This document shows, one piece after another, positions 49,288 through 59,759 of a stretch of DNA of 64,000 nt. Origin of the DNA: Candidatus Bathyarchaeia archaeon (GTDB lineage: Archaea > Thermoproteota > CALKCG01 > B24); the NCBI GenBank assembly GCA_038870975.1, contig JAVZJD010000001.1, positions 416,001 to 480,000 on the forward strand, given 5' to 3'. The stretch's first letter is position 1. Each line of letters begins with the position of its first letter. The translations under genes and the position numbers were made by a program. The notes beneath the pieces are model-generated. The model was given only the letters and a program-made list of their open reading frames with translations, made no database searches and was not told the origin of the DNA.

Positions 49288-50022
49288 TCATCCTATGAAC
49301 TGTTCAGGTATTTCAACACCTCGGTTGAATACTTCGACTTTCTCACCTATGCCAACGTACACTGCGTCAGCCATGTCTAAGAAAAGCCCGGTTTCAACAA
49401 CACCTGGTATTTCTTTAAACTCTCGATCCAATTCTCCAAAATCTACATCGACTTGTCTAAACCATACTTCAGCTATGAAGTTCCCACGCTCGGTCATGAG
49501 GGGGACTTCTTCACCGTTTATCTTGTACGCTCTAAGCTTAACCTCCCCTCCGAGTTTTGAAATCCTTCTGAAGACAAGCTCTCTAGCTTCTCTTATAACC
49601 TCAACGGGTATTGGAAACTTCGTATGAAGCCTCTTAACAAGCTTAGTGTGGTCAACTATCACGAGAAATCTCTTAGAAGAAGCTGCGAGCACCTTCTCAT
49701 TTGTAAAAACACCGTAGGAGCCGCCTTTAAGCAGATTAAGCCTCCTATCGACTTCATCAGCACCATCAATGTCAACATCTACAACTGGGTATTCGTCCAG
49801 AGAGGCCACAGACATTTTTAAACTCAAAGCAAGAAGTTTCATCGGTATGCTTGAAGGAATCACTATGACTTTAAGACCTTCACTTTCAATCCTCTTAGCC
49901 AGTTCTCTAGCGAACATAGCTGCAGTAGTTCCACTGCCAAGTCCAACAACTTCACCATCTCTAATCAAAGAGCTTGCGTACCTTGCTACAAGCTGTTTTT
50001 CTCTTTTAACTTCTAAACTCAT
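49288..50022 (-). CDS. rpiA: Ribose-5-phosphate isomerase A
   Basis: GLGSGTT, DGADEVD, LKGG, EK, PGVVETGLF. Confidence 0.96.
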   Translation of the reverse strand: MSLEVKREKQLVARYASSLIRDGEVVGLGSGTTAAMFARELAKRIESEGLKVIVIPSSIPMKLLALSLKMSVASLDEYPVVDVDIDGADEVDRRLNLLKGGSYGVFTNEKVLAASSKRFLVIVDHTKLVKRLHTKFPIPVEVIREARELVFRRISKLGGEVKLRAYKINGEEVPLMTERGNFIAEVWFRQVDVDFGELDREFKEIPGVVETGLFLDMADAVYVGIGEKVEVFNRGVEIPEQFIG

Positions 50023-50091
50023 CCTATAGATTAAAGTTGTCTAGATACTGATAAGATTTATGGAAAAAAGAGGGGGAAAGAAGCATAGCCA

Positions 50092-50292
50092 CTATTCTTC
50101 TATAATTATCGCAGCTGCTGGACACTGATTAGCAACCTCTCTACAATCACATCCGTCACATCCATTAGGGTTGACGACTCTAGACTTCCCTTCATCATCC
50201 AATTCGAAGACTTCCGGGCATAGTGAGGCGCATAAGCCACAACCTATACAAGCATCTCTATCTACTTTGACTTTCAATTTTTCAACCCCCAA
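50092..50292 (-). CDS. Single-cluster ferredoxin
   Basis: CIGCGLC...CP...CP. Confidence 0.92.
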   Translation of the reverse strand: MGVEKLKVKVDRDACIGCGLCASLCPEVFELDDEGKSRVVNPNGCDGCDCREVANQCPAAAIIIEE

Positions 50293-50313
50293 TTCCTTAG
50301 AGAAGACGATCTA

Positions 50314-50679
50314 TCATTTAACTTTAACGCAGCTTTTAAGCAAACCCATATCTGAGAGCTGTTTAATAATTGCTTCATATTGGGTTTCATCGTTAATAGC
50401 ACTGTTGATAGCATCTTCACTTACATGAGTCCCAGGTTTAACCAAAACCTCGACTTTAACGTTTAAAGTCTTTTCCAAAGCATACTTCATTAGAACGCCT
50501 ATTAAACCTCCCATTGGACAGAAAGGCGTAGTCGGTTTAAACGTTACTCGAACCTTCCCATCTCCGATTATTTCAATAGAGTCTTCATCAACGATCCCCA
50601 TTTCTACTACTGAAACTGGATATTCTGGGTCGTAAACCCCTCTAAGGACGGTCATGATGGTCTTCTTATCGAGAGACAT
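50314..50679 (-). CDS. DUF59 / SufT-like Fe-S assembly protein
   Basis: VYDPE, SVVEMGIV, TTPFCPM. Confidence 0.9.
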   Translation of the reverse strand: MSLDKKTIMTVLRGVYDPEYPVSVVEMGIVDEDSIEIIGDGKVRVTFKPTTPFCPMGGLIGVLMKYALEKTLNVKVEVLVKPGTHVSEDAINSAINDETQYEAIIKQLSDMGLLKSCVKVK

Positions 50680-50711
50680 TCAATATAATGGTGCTTCTTC
50701 ATCTATATAAG

Positions 50712-51251
50712 CTAGTCTAAAACAGCTTTAAGCTTACCCATACAGGAAGAACATGGAAGCTTAGATTTAAAGTCCGTATCCAATATGCTGTTTGAAAAAT
50801 GCATCACACATCTCGGGTTTGGACAGTGACGTAGTCCATATGTGTGACATACCTCGTGAACCGCTTCTTTAACGGCTCTATCCATGAAAAGTCTCTCGTT
50901 GAAAACAGCTCCATAGAAACGCGTATCCAGTCTGGCTAGAGATATTATTGCCAGTAGGCCCGGGCTCTCAGCCTGTCCAAATATAAAGTTGAGATGGGGC
51001 ACGTAAAGGTCAATCCAAGTTACGAGTAGAGTCCTGTTTTTAAGAGACCTAGCGTAGTACGCCATTATCACGTCAGAGTTATACTGTCTCCTACTGGTGT
51101 TGTAAGCCTCCATGGGGATGCTAAGCCGTTCAGTCGAAACCTTAAATTCGATGAAGGAGATGGTTTCCATAAGCTCTGAAGAAAGCCTCTCTAAAAGACT
51201 TAATTCTACATCTCCTAAAGCCACTAGGAAAACTCTCTCTTTAAATCTCAT
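50712..51251 (-). CDS. amzA: Archaemetzincin (M54 zinc protease)
   Basis: RRQY, DLYVP.LNFIFG, HEVCHTYGLRHC...CVMHFS...C..C. Confidence 0.93.
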   Translation of the reverse strand: MRFKERVFLVALGDVELSLLERLSSELMETISFIEFKVSTERLSIPMEAYNTSRRQYNSDVIMAYYARSLKNRTLLVTWIDLYVPHLNFIFGQAESPGLLAIISLARLDTRFYGAVFNERLFMDRAVKEAVHEVCHTYGLRHCPNPRCVMHFSNSILDTDFKSKLPCSSCMGKLKAVLD

Positions 51252-52494
51252 ACACGTCCCCTATCTTAGGAGCATAAGCATCGAAGCCTAAGTCTTTAGC
51301 ATACTTGCAGAGTGCTTGACACTTCTCAACCTCTCCATGGACTGCGTAAATAACGGGATTCCCATCAAGTTCGCTTAGAAACTTTTTCAACCCGCTCATA
51401 CCTATATGCGAGGAAAAGTCAAACCTTTTAACATTTGCTTTGACTTTTCTAACCTTACCACCTATGACGAATCTACCTTTCTCGAGAAGCTCGCTTCCAG
51501 GCGTTCCAGGTATCTGGTAGCTGACGAGATATATTGCATTATTGCTTGACTTAGCAACTTTTTCAGCGTAAAATACTGCTGTACCACCTTTGAGCATACC
51601 AGCTGGAGCTATTATAACCCCACTCTTCTTAAGTAGGAGACGTCTATCTCTCCAACCTGAGACCCAATTAGCCTTTTCAATAGCCTTCTTAAACAATTCA
51701 GGGTCTCTAAGCCAATCTATATACTTAAGGAAGATCTGCGTAGCATCTACAGCCATGCCGTCTAGAGATATGGGATATGGAAAATTCCACTTAGAGAGAA
51801 CTGTGAGAATTTCCTGAGATCTTCCAACACTGAAGGCCGGTATTAAAACAAGACCTCCACCTTCAACAACATCTAAGACGTTTTCTACGAATTCTCTCTC
51901 AAGCTCAGAACGCTCCGGGTGGTCTTCATCAGCATAAGTGCTCTCGACTATAATAGCGTCTAAAGGACCATAATTTTTAGAAAGCTTTTCCAAGAGACAC
52001 GTATCCACATCGTTTATATCACTCGTGTAGAGTATTCTCTTACCTTCCGCTTCAACGAGCACTTGAGCAGACCCGAGGATGTGCCCAGCATTCAAAAGTG
52101 TAAACTGGATGTCTTTAATTGAAAATTTCTCACCATATTTTAGAGTCTTGGAATATTCAAACATGGTATTCATATCCAGATACTCGTATGGGAGGTAGTA
52201 TCCTGAAAGCCTAATGAAGTCTTTGATCAAAATTTTCATCAAATCTATTGTAGGCGCAGTGGCGTAGAGTGGAATAGGCTTACTTACGTAGAATAGTGGT
52301 GTAGCTCCACTATGGTCTAAGTGTGCATGAGTAACCACTACGAAGTCTACAGATTTAGGGGAGATATGCATCGGAAAGCTTGGAATGCTGTCTACAGCCA
52401 CACCGTAGTCTAAAATAGCCGTAGTCTCCCCCGCTTTAACGGCTATCGCAGATTTCCCTATACTACGCGTCCCACCTAGAAAGGCGATTTTCAA
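51241..52494 (-). CDS. Metallo-beta-lactamase beta-CASP ribonuclease (aCPSF-like, no KH domains)
   Basis: THAHLDHSG, AGHILGSA, ESTY, PAFSVGRSQE, FSSH, VHGE. Confidence 0.92.
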   Translation of the reverse strand: MKIAFLGGTRSIGKSAIAVKAGETTAILDYGVAVDSIPSFPMHISPKSVDFVVVTHAHLDHSGATPLFYVSKPIPLYATAPTIDLMKILIKDFIRLSGYYLPYEYLDMNTMFEYSKTLKYGEKFSIKDIQFTLLNAGHILGSAQVLVEAEGKRILYTSDINDVDTCLLEKLSKNYGPLDAIIVESTYADEDHPERSELEREFVENVLDVVEGGGLVLIPAFSVGRSQEILTVLSKWNFPYPISLDGMAVDATQIFLKYIDWLRDPELFKKAIEKANWVSGWRDRRLLLKKSGVIIAPAGMLKGGTAVFYAEKVAKSSNNAIYLVSYQIPGTPGSELLEKGRFVIGGKVRKVKANVKRFDFSSHIGMSGLKKFLSELDGNPVIYAVHGEVEKCQALCKYAKDLGFDAYAPKIGDVYEI

Positions 52495-52632
52495 AAACTC
52501 TAAACACCCTTCCTCAAGTTCATCTGGCTCAGTTGATTACGAGATTATAGTGATTCAACGTTTAAAATCTTTACGCTTCTACATGGTTTAAAAGCTTATT
52601 AAGATTGAAGGATTTAATTTTTAAAGTCCTCC

Positions 52633-53640
52633 ATGAGCGCGAAATTTGGTGTCTACCTTCCAACATTTAGCAGAGTTAAAACAGAGAGAGAACTTTGGAA
52701 TATGTGTTTAGAGTCTGCTTTAACGGCCGATAAACTGAATTTCACATCCATATTGGCTCCGGACCATCTGCTAGGATTCGACTCCGTCGAAAGATTAGGA
52801 GAACCCAGTATAGACATGCTTGAAAGCTTTACCACAATAGCTGCTCTAGCCCAAGCAACTAAAAAAGTTAAAATAGGCTTTTCCGTGCTCTGTCTACCAT
52901 TTAGAAACCCGGCTTTAACGGCTAAAATGGCCGCTACATTAGATGTAATATCTAACGGAAGACTCATATTCGGCTTAGGAGCTGGATGGCGTGAGGACGA
53001 ATTTAAAAGCTACGGCTACACCTGGAGAACCCTTAAAGAGAGGTTAGAAGAAAGTATAGAAGCCGCTGAAATCATCAAGAAGTGTTGGACTATGGATAAA
53101 GTCTACTTTAAAGGCAGGTACTATAATATTGAAGGTTGCGAGGTTAAACCTAAGCCTCTTCAAAAACCCACTCCTCCAATATGGTTCGGAGGGGTTGGAC
53201 CTAAGGCAATAGAGGGACTTATGCGTATAAACCCAAATGGATGGCTTTCTCCACCGTTAAGACTTGAAGACTTAAAGTATAGAGTTGAAAGATTTCACAT
53301 GGTTGAAAGAGGCTTAACGATAGCTATGGAAATGTACACAAGTATAGACGTGACGTCGGATGGGGCCTTAGAAAAGGCTAGGAAAGCTGTTGAAAAATGG
53401 TTCGGCGACCCGGCTGAAAAAGTAGCTGAATACAATACTTCTGTTCAACTACCGGGTGGAATAACAGTACGCTATGGTGCGACTATAGGCTCACCGGAAG
53501 ATTGTATCGACGTTATAGCTCGATATGCTGAAGCGGGTGTAAACCACTTTATACTCCACTTTATGCCTTTAGAAGATACAGTTGAAGGTTTGAAAATGTA
53601 TGCTAAGAAAGTAGTTCCATACTTTTCAGAAGGATGTTAG
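52633..53640 (+). CDS. LLM-class flavin/F420-dependent oxidoreductase
   Basis: PDH, FRNPALTAKMAATLD, GLGAGW, PKPLQKPTPPIWFGG. Confidence 0.92.
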   Translation: MSAKFGVYLPTFSRVKTERELWNMCLESALTADKLNFTSILAPDHLLGFDSVERLGEPSIDMLESFTTIAALAQATKKVKIGFSVLCLPFRNPALTAKMAATLDVISNGRLIFGLGAGWREDEFKSYGYTWRTLKERLEESIEAAEIIKKCWTMDKVYFKGRYYNIEGCEVKPKPLQKPTPPIWFGGVGPKAIEGLMRINPNGWLSPPLRLEDLKYRVERFHMVERGLTIAMEMYTSIDVTSDGALEKARKAVEKWFGDPAEKVAEYNTSVQLPGGITVRYGATIGSPEDCIDVIARYAEAGVNHFILHFMPLEDTVEGLKMYAKKVVPYFSEGC

Positions 53641-54488
53641 CCTCTGATGAGCTTCTCGGCATTCTTATACAAGATATTTTCCAATACTTCCTCGGGTAGA
53701 TTCAATCCTTCTAGAAGCTTCAAGTGTATGTTTTCAGGGCTAAAGAACCACTCCATGTCTGTACCGTATAGAAGCCTACGGTTAAACTTCTCAAGGAAGA
53801 CTTTTGCGAAGCCAAGGTCTCTGGCCAGAGCATTGTAGCCTGAGAAAGCCGATAAATCGCCGTAAACGTTTTCATAGTTTTCAAGTATGTAAACTGTCCT
53901 ACCTGGATGTTCTATCGGACCTTTGGGATATGAATCTTCTAAATTGAAACTTTCATCCATACACCTCCACCAACCAGGGCCGTGCATTATGAAGTTAACG
54001 TTACTATACTCTTTGACGATTTTCTCAATCCCTTTCAAATCAGGCGTATCCAATATGCCATATGTATCGGAACTTAAGGCGGCAATGTGCATAAGTATTG
54101 GCAATTCAAGCTTTCCACAAACCTTGTAAAGTCTAATGTTGCAGTCATGGTCTATCGGTATTTTAGATGTATGCTCGCCAAAACCTCTACAGCCCATATC
54201 CACGTAACGTGTTATCCTTTCACTTAAACAGACTTCTCTAACTTCAACGACACAGAAGGGGATGAACTTATCAGGATGCCTCCTACAAATGTCCAATACA
54301 TACTCCGTAGGCATTATAAACCCGCTATTCCAACTATAGACCGGCAGGACTATGGCACTTGCTTTATCGTAAGACTCAACATAATTGGCAAGGGTTTCAA
54401 CGGTCACTTTACACCATGGATCGTTTACATTTGCTATGTCTCCATAGCAACCCACATGCGTGTGAACATCAAGAAAGCGGGAAATCAA
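53637..54488 (-). CDS. Amidohydrolase_2 family protein
   Basis: DVHTH, GFGEH, LMH, MHGPGWW, DLSAFSG, YGTD. Confidence 0.88.
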   Translation of the reverse strand: MISRFLDVHTHVGCYGDIANVNDPWCKVTVETLANYVESYDKASAIVLPVYSWNSGFIMPTEYVLDICRRHPDKFIPFCVVEVREVCLSERITRYVDMGCRGFGEHTSKIPIDHDCNIRLYKVCGKLELPILMHIAALSSDTYGILDTPDLKGIEKIVKEYSNVNFIMHGPGWWRCMDESFNLEDSYPKGPIEHPGRTVYILENYENVYGDLSAFSGYNALARDLGFAKVFLEKFNRRLLYGTDMEWFFSPENIHLKLLEGLNLPEEVLENILYKNAEKLIRG

Positions 54489-54540
54489 ACCACCACGCTC
54501 AAACGATACTAGAATCTATAGATATTTCTAAGCGTTTCTT

Positions 54541-55134
54541 CTAAATGTTTCCTAAGATTTTAGGAACTCTTTTTAGAGCCTCTTCTCTAACCATACTGTA
54601 AATATTAGCACCGTGCGAATCTATGGTGACAACCATTGGACCAAGCCTATAGACCTCTAAAATCCATACAGCCTCTGGAGGCCCAAGGTCTAGCCAATAG
54701 GCTTCTGAAACTCTTCTGACAGACTTAGACAGGAGTGCTGAAGCACCTCCCGGAGGACTGCAATATACGGCTTTAAACCGTTTAAAAACGTCAGTAGATT
54801 TCTCCGAGAAGCCTCCTTTACCTATGACAATTTTAACCCCTGACACCTCTAGAAAAGACTCCAGCAGGTCCTCCATCCTCATACTAGTAGTTGGACCTAG
54901 AGCTTCTACTCTCCAACCTCCATCTATGCGTCTAACCACAGGACCACAGTGAAAGACCGGTATTCCATAGAGGTTGAATGGGGGTTTAACATTACTCTGA
55001 AAACACGCTATAAGTCTCTTGGTAGCTTGATCTCTCATGGTGACTACTAGACCTGTAATGTAGACTATGTTGCCGACTCTAAGAGAGGAAACGTCTTCTA
55101 CTGGTACAGTAATATCTAAGCTCATATATATCAC
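54541..55134 (-). CDS. Class I fumarate hydratase / tartrate dehydratase beta subunit
   Basis: RDQA, HCGPV, GPTTSMRME, IGKGG, IDSHG. Confidence 0.93.
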   Translation of the reverse strand: MIYMSLDITVPVEDVSSLRVGNIVYITGLVVTMRDQATKRLIACFQSNVKPPFNLYGIPVFHCGPVVRRIDGGWRVEALGPTTSMRMEDLLESFLEVSGVKIVIGKGGFSEKSTDVFKRFKAVYCSPPGGASALLSKSVRRVSEAYWLDLGPPEAVWILEVYRLGPMVVTIDSHGANIYSMVREEALKRVPKILGNI

Positions 55135-56007
55135 CTACAAAACCTCATAGTAACCGTTAGGCTTAACTATGGCTGACGCCCTCCGTGCAGCCCAACACTG
55201 GAAGTTTATCGCCAGAGGAAGACTCGCAGTATGGCAGTAGGCGTACTCGATCTTAACGTCTAAACACGTCCATCTTCCACCAAGCCCCATTGGACCTATT
55301 CCAGTCTTATTAACCGCTTCGAACAGTTCAGATTCAAGCTTAGCGATTTCAGGATTCGCATTTCTTTCTCCCACTGGTCTTAGTAGTACCCTCTTAGCCA
55401 TAAGCATAGCTTCTTCGGCCGTACCACCTAAACCAACTCCAAGGATTGTCGGAGGACATGGCATGCCTCCAGCTTCTACAACTCTAGATAGTATTACGTT
55501 TTTTATTGCTTCTACAGATTTAACTGGCGTGAGCATGTGAAAACTGCTCACGTTTTCAGAACCAGCACCCTTAGGCATAAAGTGGATTTTAATGTCGCTT
55601 CCATCGGTTTTCACAACGTGCAATACTGGAATTCCAACCCCAGTATTATCTCCAGTATTAACTCGCGTCAGCGGATGGACTACATTGGGTCTGAGGGGGA
55701 TTCTTACAGTAGCCTTGGACACGGCTTCTGTAAAAACCCTGTGGTAATCTATTCTCCAGGGCGTTTCCAACCCCTCTTCAACTATGAAGACAGGTATGCC
55801 AGTATCTTGACATATAAGTCCACCCTCCTCTCTAGCTATTTTAATGTTTTCAACGATTGCTTCAAGCATCTTCACTCCTATTTCAGAAGTCTCAGTTTCA
55901 TACGCTTCAATTAGAGCCTTCTCCACGTCTATAGGGACCGTTTTTACAGCTTTATCTATGAGCTTGAACACAACATCTAGAAGAACTTCTTCAAAATCCA
56001 ACTCCAT
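55135..56007 (-). CDS. Class I fumarate hydratase / tartrate dehydratase alpha subunit
   Basis: CQDTG, LRPN, KGAGSEN, PCPP, GPMGLGG, CHTASLP, CWA. Confidence 0.94.
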   Translation of the reverse strand: MELDFEEVLLDVVFKLIDKAVKTVPIDVEKALIEAYETETSEIGVKMLEAIVENIKIAREEGGLICQDTGIPVFIVEEGLETPWRIDYHRVFTEAVSKATVRIPLRPNVVHPLTRVNTGDNTGVGIPVLHVVKTDGSDIKIHFMPKGAGSENVSSFHMLTPVKSVEAIKNVILSRVVEAGGMPCPPTILGVGLGGTAEEAMLMAKRVLLRPVGERNANPEIAKLESELFEAVNKTGIGPMGLGGRWTCLDVKIEYAYCHTASLPLAINFQCWAARRASAIVKPNGYYEVL

Positions 56008-56133
56008 AATAGAATATTAAATCTTAAGTTTAAACTTTTCATGTTTAAACTTCAACAGATGGTCTTAAATCCTTCCTTTACGAGTGTATATCCTTTAAAT
56101 ATAGGATTCTTCAAAGTTTATTTCAGATAGAAA

Positions 56134-57126
56134 ATGGACCTCGAAGAAGAAACACCTAAGAAACGTTTCGAAAACATCGAGGATATTCCTGGAATAGGAC
56201 CTTCTACAGCTTCTAAGCTTAGAGAGCTTGGATACCATACAATTGAATCGCTCGCCACGGCTACTATTAAAGAGCTTATGCTGGCTGGGCTGGGTGAAAA
56301 ACAGGCGGCTAAGATAATTGCTTTAGCTAGAGACTCTATTTCCGTTCAATTCGTCACAGCGGACATCCTTCTCCAAGAGAGGATTAACGTCAGAAAGCTC
56401 ACCACGGGGAGTAAAATCCTCGATATGCTTATCGGAGGAGGTTTGGAAACGCAAACGATCACAGAGTTCTTTGGAGCCTATGGCAGTGGTAAGAGCCAAC
56501 TATGCCACCAGTTATGTGTAAACGTCCAGCTTCCATATGAAAGGGGGGGACTTGAGGGCTCTGCACTTTATATAGATACTGAGCACACTTTCAGTCCAGA
56601 GAGGATTGTTCAAATGGCTAGGTTTAGAGGTTTAGACCCTGAGAAGGTCGTCAAAAGGATAATCTATGCTGAAGCCTTCAACTCCGACCACCAAATGCTC
56701 TTGTTAGATAAATGTGACAAACTAGTTAAAGAAAACAACGTTAAACTTATAGTTGTAGATTCTCTTACAGCACACTTTAGGAGTGAATACCTCGGAAGGG
56801 AGATGCTGGCTGAAAGACAGCAGAAGCTCAATAAACACATGCATAAACTATTTAGATTAGCTAGAGCTTTCAACCTTGTGGCTGTCGTTACAAATCAAGT
56901 CATGGCTAAACCAGACGTATTCTTCGGAGAATCTGTGCAAGCCGTTGGAGGCCACATTGTTGGACATACGAGCCACACGCGTATATATCTTAAGAAGTCT
57001 ACGAAGGGAAATGTTAGGATAGCTAGATTAGTTTCAAGTCCATATCTTCCAGAGGGTGAAGCAGTATTTAAAATTACTGAAAACGGGGTTGAAGATGCTG
57101 AAGAAGAGACTGTAAAAGAGGAGTAG
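56134..57126 (+). CDS. radA: DNA repair and recombination protein RadA
   Basis: N-terminal Hh[26 protein letters not shown]...RQQKL, TNQV. Confidence 0.98.
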   Translation: MDLEEETPKKRFENIEDIPGIGPSTASKLRELGYHTIESLATATIKELMLAGLGEKQAAKIIALARDSISVQFVTADILLQERINVRKLTTGSKILDMLIGGGLETQTITEFFGAYGSGKSQLCHQLCVNVQLPYERGGLEGSALYIDTEHTFSPERIVQMARFRGLDPEKVVKRIIYAEAFNSDHQMLLLDKCDKLVKENNVKLIVVDSLTAHFRSEYLGREMLAERQQKLNKHMHKLFRLARAFNLVAVVTNQVMAKPDVFFGESVQAVGGHIVGHTSHTRIYLKKSTKGNVRIARLVSSPYLPEGEAVFKITENGVEDAEEETVKEE

Positions 57127-57129
57127 CAC

Positions 57130-57468
57130 ATGTCTCTAAACGAGACGATTTTAAGAGAATTCTTTGAATATGTGCTTAAGGGAGATTATGTTAAAGCTAA
57201 GTCTTTAATTGAAAAATTTGAGGGAAGTAGCTTTTCAGAGTATGAAATGGGCTATTTAAACGCTATGAGGGGGATAGCTTCAACGATAAGGGAAGGTAAT
57301 TCCAACGTTAACCATCAACTAGATGAAAACTTCATCAGAATTCGAATTTTAAAGTTTAAAGAAATTCTTGAGCTTGGAAACCCAATGATAGACGACTACG
57401 ACAAAGGTTTTTTCGAATGCTGGATGAAATTTCTAAGAAAGGCCCTAGAATACTTGGAAAAAAGTTAA
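57130..57468 (+). CDS. Hypothetical helical protein co-oriented with radA
   Basis: 3-nt gap after radA; two similar helices EYEMGYLNAM / DYDKGFFECW. Confidence 0.7.
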   Translation: MSLNETILREFFEYVLKGDYVKAKSLIEKFEGSSFSEYEMGYLNAMRGIASTIREGNSNVNHQLDENFIRIRILKFKEILELGNPMIDDYDKGFFECWMKFLRKALEYLEKS

Positions 57469-57486
57469 TGTTTTTCAAAATATAGC

Positions 57487-57738
57487 CTATTTGAGGAAAT
57501 TGTATAAGATTGTCCATGCGGTTAGCCATACGAGGAAGTAAGTACCCATCCCCTCAAGAAGGAGTTTCTTCGAGTCGACCTCTTCACCAACCCTACTTCT
57601 AAAGATGTAATGTGTTAACACATATATACATATGGCGAGTAATAGGCCTCCAATTCCCCATATTTTAAGGAAGCCTGACAGTAGGGCTACGGCTAAAGCT
57701 AAGCTGAAGCGTATCCAATATACATATTTGAAGTTCAT
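57487..57738 (-). CDS. Small three-TM protein, EMC6/Rab5ip-like
   Basis: YWIR...SGFL...GGLL...EGMGTYFLVWLTAWTILYN resembles the EMC6 C-terminal signature. Likely start ATG 57738. Confidence 0.65.
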   Translation of the reverse strand: MNFKYVYWIRFSLALAVALLSGFLKIWGIGGLLLAICIYVLTHYIFRSRVGEEVDSKKLLLEGMGTYFLVWLTAWTILYNFLK

Positions 57739-57802
57739 ATAGGCTTCCCTATTCTCTAGGGAATAGAAACCTTTAAGCATTACTTTAAATTAGCATCAAC
57801 CG

Positions 57803-59755
57803 ATGCCTAGAAGCCGAATGAATGGCATTGACATAGCTGTAGTACTGTCTGAGATTAAAAGCCTAGTTGAGGGGCTGTATGTAGATAGCATATATCTAGT
57901 AGATAGAGCTTTGATTTTAAAGCTAAGAGGTGGAGGAATATCTAGAGAGCTCGTAGTAGATATCGACAGAGCAGTCTACTTGACAACGTTTGAAAAAATC
58001 AAGCCTATTAAGCCCCACCAGTTTGCAATGTTTCTAAGAAAGTACCTATCCGGCTCGAGGATTTCAAACGTTTCACAAAGAGGGTTAGAGAAGATTGTAG
58101 AAATTTTGTTCGAGGGTGGACGGGGGAAATACACGCTAGTAGCCGAATTGTTTGCCAATGGTAATGTGGTTTTTCTAGATGAAGACCGCGTAGTTAAAGC
58201 TGTTCTACGAAGAACGTATTCGAAAACCAGGGTTTTCAAAGTTGGATCTGTCTACCAGTATCCTCCGACATTAGAGGACCCGAGAGAAGCTACTCTTGAA
58301 AGGCTTATAAACATAAAGAAGTCTGGATTCAAAAACCTTCAGTCCGCCCTGTCAAAGACGACCGGACTTCCATCCCCTTACTCTGAGGAGGTCATCACAA
58401 GAGCTGGATTTACTCCGTCTACATCTGTAGAAGAGCTAAATGAAGAATCTATTGAGAAGATATACAACGAATTGAAAGCGTTTCTTGATGAAGTATTTGC
58501 TAAACCTACAAAGCCAGTTGTCTATACAGATGAGAAGGGGGTTTTAGTAGATTTCTCACCAGTGCCCTTGACGATATACAGAGGCTTAAACGCTAAATTC
58601 TACGGGTCTTTCGCCGAGGCAGTTGATGTATATTTTTCAGGACTCTACGAGTATGAGAAGAAAATAGAGGAGGAGCAGAAACTTAAAGCTGAAGCCGAAA
58701 GACGTAGAGTGTCGTTGGATCAGCAGATGAAGGCACTCTCTAAATTTATCGAAGAGTCTAAAAACTATCGGTCTATAGGCGTACTTCTAATGAATAAGCT
58801 TCACGTCCTGCAAGCGGTATTCCTAACGTTTAAAGAGCTTATTCAAAGTCGAGGTATTAAGGAGGCTGAAGACGCTCTAAGACGTGAATTAGCTCAAGAA
58901 GGATTAAACTTATTAAACGTTGAAATGGACGGTAGATTTGTCGAATTAGATGGCTTTGGATTACGTTTTAAACTCAACACAGAGCTCAGCATAGCCGAAA
59001 ACGCTTCAAGATTTTTCACGCTAGCTAAAGAGGCTGAGGAAAAAGCTAAGAGAATTGAAGAAGCCATGGATATTGTCGGTAAGCAGGTTAAGGCTAGCGA
59101 AGAAGAACGATTATACGTTAAAAAATCTGGAGCTTGGTATGAACAGTTTAGGTATACTTTTACGGGGGATGGTTTTTTAATAGTTGGAGGAAAAGACGCA
59201 TCTACAAATGAACTACTGCTAGACAAATATGTTGAGCCGAAAGACGTTATCTTCCACGCAGAATATGCGGGTTCACCATTCGTAGTGCTTAAGACAAGTG
59301 GTAAAGAGCCTACTCCAGAGGCTATCTGGGAAGCCTCCGTTATTACAGCATGTTATAGTAGAGCTTGGAACGACGGTCTTGCAAACTTAGACGTCTTCTA
59401 CGTAAGGCCTACTCAAGTGTCTAAAAGTCCTCCCTCTGGGGAGTATATTAAACGTGGAGGGTTTATGATTAGAGGTAGTAAAAACTACATTCGTAAGGTG
59501 CCTCTAAAGCTCTGTATAGGTGTTAAAGTAGAAGAAGACGGTTTAACGGTTTTACCTTGTTCGGAGGAGAACGCTAGGAAAATGTTCGACGCTTACGTTT
59601 CTATAAGACCGGGTAATGTCGATAAGCGTAGGTTGGCTGAGGAGATCGTTGAAAAACTTAAGAGTAGACTAGGAAAGGTTTTAAAACGTATACAGCTACC
59701 TATTGATTGTATTTACAGACTTATACCTGGAAGCGGGGGTGTTTTGGAGGATTAA
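57803..59755 (+). CDS. rqcH: Ribosome quality control factor Rqc2/RqcH (NEMF, NFACT)
   Basis: FAMFLRKYL, ELFANGN, coiled coil, WYEQFR, GGKDASTNE, FHAE..GSP, GGFMIRG. Confidence 0.93.
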   Translation: MPRSRMNGIDIAVVLSEIKSLVEGLYVDSIYLVDRALILKLRGGGISRELVVDIDRAVYLTTFEKIKPIKPHQFAMFLRKYLSGSRISNVSQRGLEKIVEILFEGGRGKYTLVAELFANGNVVFLDEDRVVKAVLRRTYSKTRVFKVGSVYQYPPTLEDPREATLERLINIKKSGFKNLQSALSKTTGLPSPYSEEVITRAGFTPSTSVEELNEESIEKIYNELKAFLDEVFAKPTKPVVYTDEKGVLVDFSPVPLTIYRGLNAKFYGSFAEAVDVYFSGLYEYEKKIEEEQKLKAEAERRRVSLDQQMKALSKFIEESKNYRSIGVLLMNKLHVLQAVFLTFKELIQSRGIKEAEDALRRELAQEGLNLLNVEMDGRFVELDGFGLRFKLNTELSIAENASRFFTLAKEAEEKAKRIEEAMDIVGKQVKASEEERLYVKKSGAWYEQFRYTFTGDGFLIVGGKDASTNELLLDKYVEPKDVIFHAEYAGSPFVVLKTSGKEPTPEAIWEASVITACYSRAWNDGLANLDVFYVRPTQVSKSPPSGEYIKRGGFMIRGSKNYIRKVPLKLCIGVKVEEDGLTVLPCSEENARKMFDAYVSIRPGNVDKRRLAEEIVEKLKSRLGKVLKRIQLPIDCIYRLIPGSGGVLED

Positions 59756-59759
59756 ACAT

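Noticed and set aside
50092-50292. Extra cysteines (CDGCDC) in the ferredoxin as a second cluster
   Set aside because: The spacing does not match CxxCxxC; a disulfide or variable loop, as in other monocluster ferredoxins, is more likely.
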